64,000 nt of DNA, from assembly GCA_964106915.2 (NCBI GenBank), contig OZ066918.1; one strand, 5' to 3'. Of the stretch, positions 50,501-59,775 are shown one piece after another (position 1 is the stretch's first letter; each line of letters starts with the position of its first letter). The stretch is from Podarcis gaigeae (Eukaryota). A program made the translations under genes and the position numbers. The notes beneath the pieces were generated by a model. That model had not been told where the DNA came from and did no database searches. It was given only the letters and a program-made list of their open reading frames with translations.

Positions 50501-53500
50501 CATCTACCCCACTTGATGAATGTTGGGATTGCTTTCATTGCTGCAGTGAGATTTGGGCATACTGAGGCAAGCAAATTCTGGTCCAGATTTATACTTGAGT
50601 GCCATTGGTGACAGGTAAGGGGGTGAAGCACCTTATAGAGAATGAATGGCTAAGCAAGACCTTTCTTCCTCCATGTATCTTTTGAGGACTATTCCCATGC
50701 ATACCTCAGTGCCTGGCTCTGTCCTAAAGGGTCCAGCCTCAGCCACATTCAGTTGGCATTTATGCTTAGAAGTTGTGGGCTAGGATATCAGTGGTATTCT
50801 AAGATGCCCTGAGCCCACTTTGATCTCCAAGATAACCAAGCCCCCGAAATGCAATTTCATTGCCTTTCTGCAAATATACCAATATTTTCCTACAGCAAAT
50901 GGTTAAAAGCCCTGAGTATACTCTCATACGGTGAAAGGTAAACACCCCTGGACAGTTAAGTCCAGTCAAAGGCAACTATGGGGTGAAGCGCTCATCTCGC
51001 TTTCAGGCTGAGGGAGCCAGTGTTTGTTCACAGACAGCTTTCCTGGTCATGCGGCCAGCATGACTAAACCGCCTCTGGTGTGACGGAACACCATAATGGA
51101 AGCCAGAGAGCACAGAAACACTGTTTACCTTCCTACCACAGCAGTACCTATTTATCTACTTGCATTGGTGTACTTTCAAACTGCTAGGTTGGCAGAAGCT
51201 GGGACAGAGCAACAGGAGCTCACCCCACTGTGAGGATTCAAACAGTTAACCTTTCAATCCGCAAGCCCAAGAGGCTCAGTAGTTTAGACCACAGTGCCAC
51301 CCGCAAGTAGATAAATAGGTACCGCAAGTAGATAAATAGGTAAATGGCATTTCCGTGCGCTCTGGCACTTGTCACTGTGTTCCGTCGCACCAGGAAAGCT
51401 GCCTGTGGACAAACGCCAGCTCCCTCAGCCTGAAGTTGAGTTGAGCGCCACACCCCAGTTACCTTTGACTGGACTTACACGTCCAGGGGTCCTTTACCTT
51501 TTTTACCTTACTCTCATAGGGAGAGACTGACATGACAGTTTTTTAAGTCCCAGTGAGAGTAGCAAGGCACATAGCACACCCTATATTTAAAGCAGATAAA
51601 TTTTTAAAACTAAGTCAGGCTTATAGTAAACAAACAGTAACAAAGATATCTGTATCCCTTCAAGTTTATTTTTAAAAAGGTATCGTACTTAACATTTTTG
51701 AACAAATAAGCAACCAATGATCTTGACTTCTTTTCTGCCACTAATGCATTATTAACACAATGCTACAGGATCAGGTACTTCCAGAAAACTCAGGCTGCAG
51801 TCCTATACAGTGGTACCTCGGGTTACATACGCTTCAGGTTACAGACTCCGCTAACCCACAAATAGTACCTCGGGTTAAGAACTTTGCTTCAGGATGAGAA
51901 CAGAAATCGTGCTCTGGCGGTACAGCAGCAGGAGGAGGCCCCATTAGCTAAAGTGGTGCTTCAGGTTAAGAACAGACCTCCAGAACAAATTAAGTACTTA
52001 ACCTGAGATACCACTGTACATAGTTACCAGGGAGTAAGGCCCATTGTTTACTTGGGATTACGGTCAAGTAAACATGCATAGGATTGCACTCTCAGAGAGT
52101 GAAGTACAGAGTACTCACTCACTAGCCTCGTGGGGGAGGGAAACGAGGGACGGGACACAGCATGTCAAAGTACAGCTTCAGTTTCAAGTAAGAAAGCAGA
52201 TATTTACTTGCAAGGCAGATATACCCACTTCTAGCACCACTAAGATTGTGGCAGACATTTTGTTTACTAGATTAAAGATAATGGGAAGCCTGCAAGAAGA
52301 AAGCAAGGGAGAGCAATTCCAGAGCAGGACCAACTCTAATGAGAAAATACTAATGAGAGAAAACAACAGCCACATGTTTTTCCTTACACTTCTTTCCACA
52401 AATGAGGAAGCTCTCTCATCCCCAAGACTCTGCTATTTTATAGACACTTTCATACAACTCTAAATCTATAAAAACAACTCTTCTACTTTTATCTCATCTG
52501 TATGAGAGAAGAAACAAATAACACTGCATAACCACAGTGTTACATTATGAGAGACCCCCAAACCCCAAATCTACAACCTTCCTGTGCTGGAAAATATGAC
52601 AACATTTCTAATTTTACCTCGGGCAGCAAGGTCTGTTCCTGTGTACTTTCAGCCCAGAAAAACATTTACTTATGCAACTGTACAGAAGAGTGAAATGTGT
52701 CTCTATTATTAACTTCACTACAAATAAACAGAAAAGAGTCAGAAAGAGCCTTATCAACTTACTCTAAAGTATCTGAATTTCTGACGGTTTCTAATAATAA
52801 AGAGCAGTTGCAGTCTTCAGCAGCGTCTGGTGGAGTACTTTCAGTCCACTTTTCTCGTCTTATTTGTTACCATCTCACACACAGTCTTTTTATAATCCAC
52901 ATGTCTGACCTCATCTATATCTCCTCTTCTTCACAATGAGCAAGTTCCTCAGAATTTGATGCAGGTATTAATAGGATTATTCCTGCATTCAGCCAATTTT
53001 GAGGAATTCTGTGCAACTCCCCACAAGCTGATTAGCTGTCTGCTTAAGGAGGAGCAGGGACAGATTTGCTCCTACTGGCAGCAAACTCAGGAGACAGGCA
53101 CTGACTGTGAAAACATGCTGTTTCCGGTCTGCGGTAAAGCTAAGAGGCACTTCCTAACTCAAAGAGGGTGTATGGAAGTCTCCAGGAGTCTGAACTCCAC
53201 CTCTTCACCAACTCAGTATTTAGAGAATAGGTCTAAGGTAAGAATTATGATTATTGACAGATCTGCTGCATGCCATGCATATGCAAACTCCAAATAGCAC
53301 AGGAGTACCAAGCAAACTATCCTGCCCACTCACTTACTACATGTCTCAGTTTTTATCTGGGAACTTTCTCCTACATAATCTCCAACATCAGAGAATGTAA
53401 ATGTGAAATTGATGTTGTTTTAAAATAGTTTATAATGGACAGTAAACTGCATTGCAGACAGTATGTTTTGCTGAATTATTTTGAAGGAATCATATTTTAG

Positions 53501-56500
53501 AGTGATCGCCAAAAATGATTATTTCAGATGAGGATCTGATGCTGGATTAAATGATCATCTGGTTCACCCACTATTTGTAGCAGGTACAAATATCTTATAG
53601 CTGGAAATATATTTAGCTGCACAAAGGTCTCCTGTTCTCCTAAACAAACTCTGCCCATTCCTCCATGCGGTCTCTTTTAACTAGAACTCCTTACCCAGAA
53701 CACTTATGTGGTGCCACTTCTCACTTTGAATCCCAGTTCAAGAGTCACAACTTCTGTGAAGCCTTTAACCTACATCAGTGCCAAATGAAATGAAACCTAA
53801 CTACATCACCCCCCTACTAAAGAAATCTAAGAATGGCCTTTATTTTAGTCATTTAAACATATTTATATGTTACCTTTCTTAGTGTAACTTTTGCGATACA
53901 AAGCATAAAACTGCTGCCAACATCCCATAATCAATAAGCTAGCAGTAAAACACATTTCTATCATAATAAAAAACACACAATTGCCACAATATTAATAGTT
54001 AGAAAACATCACAGTCAAGTGGATTCACTAAGACAGCATTCAACTTCCAGAATCTAGAAGGGGCTGTTTAGCATGCCCTATAAAGCTGAAATCCAGTGTT
54101 CTAATTTATTTTGCTAAGCTCACTAGTCAAGAAAAAAAGTAAGCTTGGTATCTTCCCCTTTCTCTCCACCAACAATTACTTCTAAGAGAGTCCCACAAAG
54201 TCTGGGTGAATAAATATGTTTTAACATGATGTGTAACAAAGGCCAAAATTGAGAGCTGTTTAATTTAACTTGCATGTTCCATGAACTTCAGTTTATTGGC
54301 CTTCATCCAGCCCATCACTACCTGCAGACATAATTCAGCACCTACACAACCTCTCCTGAATGGCATATAAAAGAGTGATAGAGGTGAGTATCATCCCCAT
54401 ATTGACAACACATCATCCCCATATTGACAACACATTGTTTATGTTTTATAAACAAATAATAAATACATCTGAAAGGGTAGAAGCTTTTTACAACGTGGGT
54501 GAACAATATGATGATAAATATGAAGAAGCAGGAAGTGATAGTGATAACTCAGAAAAATAATTTGTAAATATTGTCTGAATAAAATTAATATTTAATATAC
54601 CAGAGATAATTCCATGCTAAACTAATGCATTTTATGTTCCTAAAGTAACAAAGTGACTTTCTGTATGTAAAGAGTACAGTATTGCACTTTTTCATCCCCC
54701 CCCAAAAAAGCTCCATTTTTTGGGGGGGGGGGATTTTATATTGCTAAAAGAAATGTTATCAGCTAGCAGTAGTTATCCAACTAGTCTTGCATGCTTCCCT
54801 CAAATAGGAGAGAAGAGGAGGAGGAGGAGGAGTTTGGACTTGATATCCCGCCTTTCACTCCACTTAAGGAATCTCAAAGTGGCCAACAATCTCCTTTCCC
54901 TTCCTCCCCCACAACACACACTCTGTGAGCTGAGTGAGGATGAGAGACTTCAAAGAAGTGTGACAAGCCCAAGGTCACCCAGCAGCTGTATGTGGAGGAG
55001 CGGGGAAGCGAACCCGGTTCACCAGATTACGAGTCCACAGCTCTTAACCACTACACCATGCTGGCTCATTCTCTCCCTCCATGAGGTTATTCCCCATCCC
55101 CTGGAGCCACCCTGTAGTCAGCTCCTCTATGCTAGATTTCAAAACCCAAAATTGCCACCCTATCCATATAATCAGGCTACAGCAACAGCAATTGGTTCTA
55201 TAGACTTGAACCAGATGTGCTCTAGACATGTCTTCCAGGTATGCATCAGCTTTGGTGTCACAGTTTACCAACAAAATATACTAACAATACAAATGCACAA
55301 TGCCATGGTCTACCACAGGATTATAGAAAAACAGGCCTTTGACTTGAATAAACTATCCCTTAAGTATTCTTACAATATACTTTGGTCTGTGATCCTCCAA
55401 AATTCTACATACTATAAAAATAGTTCCATCCATCATCCTTTAAAATACATATATACTGCACAGATCCCAAAGACATGCAGAACATTCAAATGCAGCGGAG
55501 ATAAAAACAGAATAAACTAAACCAATTTCCTGCCAGCATAAATGGAAACTAACAATATGACCATATTGAACTGGCTGGAAAAATTCAAGTACCTTCTCTT
55601 TTTCTAGCTTATGCTGCTTACATTTGGCTATCTGTGGACACCAAGAAACTCCCAGAGATTGTGGCCAAATGGGATTGGTATGTTAATTTATTTCTGTCTC
55701 TTGCACAACCCAAGAGGATACATCCAATATTTGCTGCAACAGGAAATGATGCTGTCCTCTTACAGAAGTGAACATCAGTAATATCAGTACATTTTGGCCA
55801 AGCTTTTAACTCTTTTTATATCACATAAAATCATCTGATATGTCACACTCAACATGCAAAAAGTATTATGTAAAATTCTTTGGAATTCAAGTCTATCTAT
55901 TTGGAGTTAAAGACTTCATAAAGCATGGTTTATCATCGCGAAAATGAGCTTAGCCCTCCTCACTCCTCTGGCATGGCCACAAGGAGTTTGAAAGCTTTCA
56001 CTTTTGACTTTCCAGTTATAGTATGTCCAAATCCTAAACGATGGTAATTTTTACTACAGTTAGGTAAAATAAGCCATTTTCATAAATGATGGCTTGAGGT
56101 TAAGCTTGCTTTCACTAGCCATTGAGCTGGACTCATTTTTGCAATGCTAAAATGTGGTTTAGCATTGCACCTGAACCAGAACATTCAGTGACACACACAG
56201 AATTCCAGCTCCCATGCACCAAGTGGAGGCCCCAAGTAATTTCCAGGGGAGAAACAGCAGGTGTGTACTTGACCCTGGCTCATCTACTATTTTTTTCTTT
56301 GCAACTCTCTGCCCTAACCACTTTCCCTACCATCAAGTCTAAGTGTTTATTGATTAAAATTGGGAAAATTAGCTGGGAAAAGATGTTGCACAGGGAAAAT
56401 CTTCCTGTTTCTCCTGAAATGCTACCCCCTGTTCCCATTCTGCACATAGGAGGCAAACATCAATATCAATGCCACTTGCTCCTACTATCTCCTATTCACT

Positions 56501-58712
56501 CTAATAATATTTGCCCATTACAGCTTCATATATTATTATATTATTTACTTTATCAACAATGGAATTATTGTGAACAGAACTGCGATACTTTTATAATTTC
56601 ATTCCACAAAGTGATGAGTAATCCTACCGTGAAGCTGTTGTTGACATTTTTAGTGCTGGATTCTGCCACGCTGGCATCTGTCAGATCCACCTCATCAAAA
56701 ATGATTGACTGGGAAAAGGAAAAATAAATGTAAAACTTCAATTAGGTTGTTTGTTTATTTCATAACTGTTACAAATCATATATATATAATGAAGGGTTAA
56801 AAGAACTGCCTCTGGTGGTTGGTGCTGGCGAAGAATAAGATAGATTCTGCAAGACAAACAATCGGAGCTTCCTCAAAATCCTGCATGGTGTGTGTGGATG
56901 AGGGCAAGGCGAAGAATTTGCACAGCATCTCCCATAGAGGCAACCTATAACACTCCATTTCCCTGTCAAGCCACTGCCGTATGGGGAATTCCGGACATGA
57001 CTCCTGCACTTCCCAAATTGCACAGTGAAGGTGCACCTTTTTACCCTGACCTCTGACCTCATTATAAATATAGTTTTAAACTGATTTTAATATTGCATTT
57101 TTAAGTAGCCGTAACCCACCCTGGGACCCTGTGGTGAATGGTGGGCACGAAATTGAAGAAATAACTATTCATTATTCCACAGGTACTCCAGAAATAAGCA
57201 TCTGCCAGATGCTTTTAAGTACAAAGAAGCCCGTTGATTAAAATTAAATTAAATTGGCTATGTAATTTTTGATCTGGGGGCATTATAGGAGATTAGGAGA
57301 TGTCTATTTCAAGCATGGGGAGCCTCCACCCCATGGGTCAAATTAGGCCTGGCAAGCATCCTGATTTGGCCTGTGAGGCCGTATTCTCAAAGGCACAATC
57401 ATCTGTTCCCCATTAGACATACATGATGTTAGGTGTGAGACAGGTAAAGACACAGCTGAAGTAGACCAATGGGGAGCCTTCAAATGTGCTCCTGACAGTT
57501 TGTTGGTAAGCAGGGTTTGCATTCAACACCTTTTAAATTTGGTGCCAAACACAAGCAGCCCTTGGTGCCAAACATGCAGGCAACCCCTACTTGCAAGCAG
57601 GGCTTCTTTGTAAACATGGCTTAAACTCAACCTGCATGTGCAAATGAACCTTTTCCCTTGCATCCTGGCTTGAACTTAAGTCACACTGCAAAGGAGAAGC
57701 AGGTGATCTGACATAACAGTAACATCAGGTGCTTGACAGGTGAGTCAATATGACCTACCAAGGGAGGGAGCAGGGAAAATCTCCTTCTGGCTGAATCCTA
57801 ATCCTCACCCTAATCCTCTGCTACTGAGGATCTCTGCTGAGAAGATAAAAGCAAGGGGCAGAAAATAAAACAAGAGAGAAAGCAGCAAAATGATCCTTGG
57901 GCTTGGTAATGGACACACTTGGTATACATAGTTTTGGCTGAGGCTCTTTTGAGTACTAACTTTCTCAGGGAAATCCATGTACAGTATATCAAGTGCTTTC
58001 ACTATCCAGTCACAAGAGACACCTATCCTTTCTGATCCTATGGGTGTTAGGATCAGTGTCAACCAATGTCATGTAGAAAAAAACTTTGGGGAGATCCAGC
58101 CCCCTTTAATATATGTAGAACTTCTACTACATATAGAAATGTGATGCCAGTTTTTATTATTTAATCATATCTTTGTAATAATTTTGGCATCAATGTTCTG
58201 CTCAGCGGTAAAGCATCTCTTTTGCATTCAGAAGGCACCAGGCTCAATCCCCAACATCTCCAAGTAGGTCTGAGAGAGACTTCATCTGCTGTCTGTCAGG
58301 GTAGACAACACAAAGCTAGATAGTCCAATGACTTGACTCTGTATAAGGCAGCTTCCTGTGTTTCTACCCCTCATGGACACAAAGAAAAACAATCTATCAG
58401 TACTTAAGTAAGGGATAACCAGTTCCTATTTTAGAATAGTTAATAGTTTTACCAAAGTAAAGCAACAATTATGAACTCCTGAGTAGCAGGTTTGTGAGCG
58501 TAAACACTCTTAGTAGCTAGTAACCGTTGTGCTGTAGTCATACAAACTGGATGATTCCTATTCCTTATTACCCTCCCATAATTTCATGGAGAGCCACATA
58601 CCTTTGCTGTTTTGGCATAGTATAGAGTTCGTCCTCGCAATTTGAAGTAACGTCTCTTCCAGCGCTGAAATGAGCTGGTCTGTTTCATCAGCATGCCCTC
58701 TTTTATAATAGT
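10727..58712 (-). CDS. DGKD: Diacylglycerol kinase delta, spliced CDS span (exons equivalent to human 2-30; 5' incomplete)
   Basis: 29 GT-AG exons with consistent phases, 3501 nt in total. PH (TIIKEG...YYAKTAK), two C1 domains, catalytic GGDGSVG and [10 protein letters not shown] motifs, accessory domain, and C-terminal SAM ([14 protein letters not shown]). Residues match delta as recalled, rather than eta or kappa. Confidence 0.97.
11728..12028 (-). mobile_element. CR1 3' fragment
   Basis: cataagaggagccaatggcccatctagtccagcatcctg, the reverse complement of a squamate CR1 3' end. Confidence 0.75.
12430..12560 (-). CDS. DGKD: DGKD exon 29 (SAM)
   Basis: 131 nt; [44 protein letters not shown]. 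Confidence 0.96.
13307..13347. repeat. (TC)n(CA)n microsatellite
   Basis: Seen directly. Confidence 0.95.
14352..14469 (-). CDS. DGKD: DGKD exon 28
   Basis: 118 nt; [39 protein letters not shown]; weak donor G|gtaccg, phase 1. Confidence 0.93.
14734..14853 (-). CDS. DGKD: DGKD exon 27
   Basis: 120 nt; [40 protein letters not shown]; tandem CAGCAG acceptor. Confidence 0.94.
15935..16027 (-). CDS. DGKD: DGKD exon 26
   Basis: 93 nt; [31 protein letters not shown]. Confidence 0.95.
16158..16269 (-). CDS. DGKD: DGKD exon 25
   Basis: 112 nt; [38 protein letters not shown]. Confidence 0.95.
16386..16537 (-). CDS. DGKD: DGKD exon 24
   Basis: 152 nt; [50 protein letters not shown]. Confidence 0.95.
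17137..17271 (-). CDS. DGKD: DGKD exon 23
   Basis: 135 nt; [45 protein letters not shown]. Confidence 0.96.
17630..18232 (+). mobile_element. Probable solo LTR (Gypsy-like); left boundary unresolved
   Basis: About 600-bp purine-rich block, AATAAA at 18164-18169, ends ...ctcctgaCA; no TSD identified. Confidence 0.6.
18238..18351 (-). CDS. DGKD: DGKD exon 22
   Basis: 114 nt; [38 protein letters not shown]. Confidence 0.96.
18954..19061 (-). CDS. DGKD: DGKD exon 21
   Basis: 108 nt; [36 protein letters not shown]. Confidence 0.96.
20046..20142 (-). CDS. DGKD: DGKD exon 20
   Basis: 97 nt; [32 protein letters not shown]. Confidence 0.96.
20698..20808 (-). CDS. DGKD: DGKD exon 19 (accessory domain start)
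   Basis: 111 nt; [36 protein letters not shown]. Confidence 0.96.
21058..21188 (+). mobile_element. tRNA(Ile)-derived SINE with CR1-like tail
   Basis: tagctcagttggttagag...ggtttgatccccgtatggg followed by cctgcattgcagg...ctatgattcta. Confidence 0.75.
21337..21700 (+). mobile_element. Sauria SINE (young, CpG-rich)
   Basis: Full head and tail; TSD tatttgtgaag. Confidence 0.93.
22287..22383 (-). CDS. DGKD: DGKD exon 18
   Basis: 97 nt; [33 protein letters not shown]. Confidence 0.95.
23660..23890 (+). mobile_element. L2-like LINE 3' end
   Basis: ggccttttctgcagtggctccc...ctgccctgtgatc...gaagggcggtata; paralogous to 45110-45400. Confidence 0.65.
24148..24276 (-). CDS. DGKD: DGKD exon 17
   Basis: 129 nt; [43 protein letters not shown]. 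Confidence 0.94.
25357..25518 (-). CDS. DGKD: DGKD exon 16
   Basis: 162 nt, phase 1-1; [54 protein letters not shown]. Confidence 0.93.
26673..26946 (-). CDS. DGKD: DGKD exon 15
   Basis: 274 nt; [20 protein letters not shown]...[21 protein letters not shown]. Confidence 0.96.
26986..27019. repeat. (GT)n(GC)n alternating purine-pyrimidine tract
   Basis: Seen directly in the 127-nt intron 14. Confidence 0.95.
27074..27173 (-). CDS. DGKD: DGKD exon 14
   Basis: 100 nt; [33 protein letters not shown]. Confidence 0.95.
27266..27360 (-). CDS. DGKD: DGKD exon 13
   Basis: 95 nt; [32 protein letters not shown]; acceptor is aag. Confidence 0.95.
27777..27861 (-). CDS. DGKD: DGKD exon 12
   Basis: 85 nt; [29 protein letters not shown]. 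Confidence 0.95.
28537..28676 (-). CDS. DGKD: DGKD exon 11
   Basis: 140 nt; [46 protein letters not shown]. Confidence 0.96.
29871..29979 (-). CDS. DGKD: DGKD exon 10 (ATP-binding GGDG motif)
   Basis: 109 nt; [36 protein letters not shown]. Confidence 0.96.
30340..30530 (+). mobile_element. Old tRNA-derived SINE
   Basis: catagctaagtggttgagcatg...ataaggcagcttt; related to 58195-58360. Confidence 0.6.
30578..30826. mobile_element. Tc1/mariner-type MITE (possibly composite) with an internal 35-bp perfect hairpin
   Basis: TA-cagt...actg-TA ends; arms at 30672-30706 and 30715-30749. Confidence 0.75.
30940..31102 (-). CDS. DGKD: DGKD exon 9 (catalytic domain start)
   Basis: 163 nt; [55 protein letters not shown]. 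Confidence 0.96.
31863..31965 (-). CDS. DGKD: DGKD exon 8
   Basis: 103 nt; [34 protein letters not shown]. Confidence 0.96.
33367..33492 (-). CDS. DGKD: DGKD exon 7 (C1B)
   Basis: 126 nt; [42 protein letters not shown]. Confidence 0.96.
33872..33978 (-). CDS. DGKD: DGKD exon 6
   Basis: 107 nt; [36 protein letters not shown]. Confidence 0.96.
34285..34751. mobile_element. Young Tc1/mariner-superfamily MITE
   Basis: TIRs ccgtatttttcgccctataggacgcac / gtgcgtcctgtagggcgaaaaatacgg (1 mismatch), TA TSD, CpG-rich internal direct repeats. Confidence 0.92.
35434..35566 (-). CDS. DGKD: DGKD exon 5 (C1A)
   Basis: 133 nt; [44 protein letters not shown]. Confidence 0.96.
36909..37013 (-). CDS. DGKD: DGKD exon 4 (PH end)
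   Basis: 105 nt; [35 protein letters not shown]. Confidence 0.96.
37394..37530. mobile_element. Palindromic hAT-type MITE
   Basis: ccaaccttggttccccagatgttgttggattacaactcc / ggagttgtagtccagaaacacctggggaatcaaggttgg. Confidence 0.75.
39633..40790 (-). mobile_element. tRNA(Lys)-derived SINE with CR1 tail, split by a hAT insertion
   Basis: The head at 40720-40790 matches tRNA-Lys(CTT) (catgagactcttaatttcagggttgtgggtttgagccccacattgggc). The tail lies at 39633-39681 and 40688-40715. Confidence 0.85.
39682..40687. mobile_element. Non-autonomous hAT transposon with OC1/OposCharlie-like ends
   Basis: 16-bp TIR caggggtcctcaaact; 8-bp TSD atctagtc (39674-39681 and 40688-40695). Confidence 0.9.
41201..41236 (-). 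CDS. DGKD: Candidate internal first exon of DGKD ([12 protein letters not shown])
   Basis: ATG plus 11 codons, then CTC|gtgagt in phase 0, in frame with exon 4. Tandem CCAAT boxes lie upstream. Confidence 0.4.
41516..41560. repeat. (TAA)n microsatellite
   Basis: Seen directly. Confidence 0.95.
45110..45400 (+). mobile_element. L2-like LINE 3' end
   Basis: Paralogous to 23660-23890. Confidence 0.65.
47235..47614 (+). mobile_element. Sauria SINE
   Basis: gggatgcggatggcgctg head and cctttaccttt tail. Confidence 0.9.
48170..48536 (-). mobile_element. Sauria SINE
   Basis: Reverse-orientation head and tail; TSD aaacaaagcta. Confidence 0.92.
49551..49596. repeat. (GGAA)n microsatellite
   Basis: Seen directly. 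Confidence 0.95.
50930..51304 (-). mobile_element. Sauria SINE, left arm of a head-to-head composite
   Basis: aaaggtaaa tail at the left, head ...cagtgccacccgc at the right. Confidence 0.9.
51304..51508 (+). mobile_element. 5'-truncated Sauria SINE, right arm of the composite
   Basis: gcaagtagataaatagg...ggggtcctttacctt. Confidence 0.88.
51806..52018. mobile_element. Tc1/mariner (Tigger-like) MITE nested in an older palindromic element
   Basis: TA-cagtggtacctcgggtta...taacctgagataccactg-TA. Confidence 0.88.
54807..55067 (-). mobile_element. tRNA-derived squamate SINE with (CTC/CTT)n tail
   Basis: gagccagcatggtgtagtggttaagagc head on the minus strand; near-identical to 61539-61825. Confidence 0.85.
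56628..56708 (-). CDS. DGKD: DGKD exon 3 (PH)
   Basis: 81 nt; [27 protein letters not shown]; ag/gt boundaries. Confidence 0.96.
58195..58362 (+). mobile_element. Old tRNA-derived SINE
   Basis: gctcagcggtaaagcatc...ggctcaatcccc...gtataaggcagcttcct. Confidence 0.65.
58602..58712 (-). CDS. DGKD: DGKD exon 2 (PH domain start)
   Basis: ctag|ACT...AAG|gtatgt; 111 nt; [37 protein letters not shown]. Confidence 0.96.
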
Positions 58713-58736
58713 CTAGAAGTCAAGAAGATAATCAAG

Positions 58737-59185
58737 TCATAGAATCAAAGAATTGTAGAGTCAGAAGGGACCCCAAGGGTCATCATCTTGTCCAACTCCC
58801 TGAAAAGTAGGGATCTCAAGTAAAGCATCCAGGACATAGGGCCATCCAACCTCTGCCTAAAAACCTCCAATGAAAGAGAGTCTACCATCTTACAAGGGAG
58901 TCCGTTCCACTGTTGAACAGCTCTTACCGTCAGAAGGTTCTTCCTGATGTTTAGTTGGAACCCCCTTTCTTGTAACTTGAATCCACTGGTTTGGGTCCTA
59001 GCCTCTGGAGCAGGAAAAAACAAGCTTGCTCCATCTGCCATGTAGGAGCCCTTTAGATATGTTAAGATGGATATCTATCTCCTCTCAGTCTCCTCTTTTC
59101 CAGGCTACCCAGCTCCCTCAACTGTTCCTCATAGGGCTTAGTTTCCAGACCTTTGATCACCTTGGTCACCCTCCTCTGCACACAT
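58737..59185 (-). mobile_element. CR1 LINE 3' end (ORF2 C-terminus plus tail)
   Basis: RTQTSGFKLQERGFQLNIRKNLLTVRAVQQWNGLP..SLEVFRQRLD and an attctatga tail. Confidence 0.92.
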
Positions 59186-59744
59186 GAAGCATTTCTTTAA
59201 GAACAGCCAATTTTTCTGATTTTACCCCTCCCCAACCACAAAAAGAAGGAAAGTACTGGCTTTGATATCAATATTCTTTATTGTTTGACTGCCCTCTGCT
59301 GGAAATATCCAACACATTCATAAAACTGAGCTGCTGATCTTATCTATACCCAAGTGCAATAAACAACAGTCAAACACACAGTGCAGAGATTCCTTTCCTG
59401 TGTGAGAGAGATATTATCTTGGTGTGAGGATACAATTCTTCAAACTAGTCAAGGTGATCTTATCAAGCTTTGATGAAGATACAGGAAACATTTTAAGAAA
59501 AACCTCAGTGTCTGAAGTCAGAGCTCTGTCCTGTCCAATTACGGCTCTGATCTCACCTGTTTGACTAAAGTGAGCACACAGCAGCCTGTCTCCTGTAAAG
59601 CTATCAGCATCTGACTACCACAGGAAATGGTCTGCATATTTAAGGGAGTGTGGAGGGCAGTAATAAAAAGACAGGAATAATCCTTCCAGCTTTTATATTT
59701 GGTTTGTTTTTTTTCAGATACTCTTGGCTCTGACTCACTGCTTA

Positions 59745-59746
<2 letters not shown>

Positions 59747-59775
<29 letters not shown>
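59747..59775. repeat. (GGCT)n microsatellite
   Basis: Seen directly. Confidence 0.9.

Noticed and set aside
54720-55520. Longest ORF in the track (266 aa, + strand)
   Set aside because: TTG start, runs through a SINE, antisense within a DGKD intron, and has no domain-like content.
56122-56727. 201-aa + strand ORF
   Set aside because: Non-ATG start, antisense overlap with exon 3, and low-information composition.
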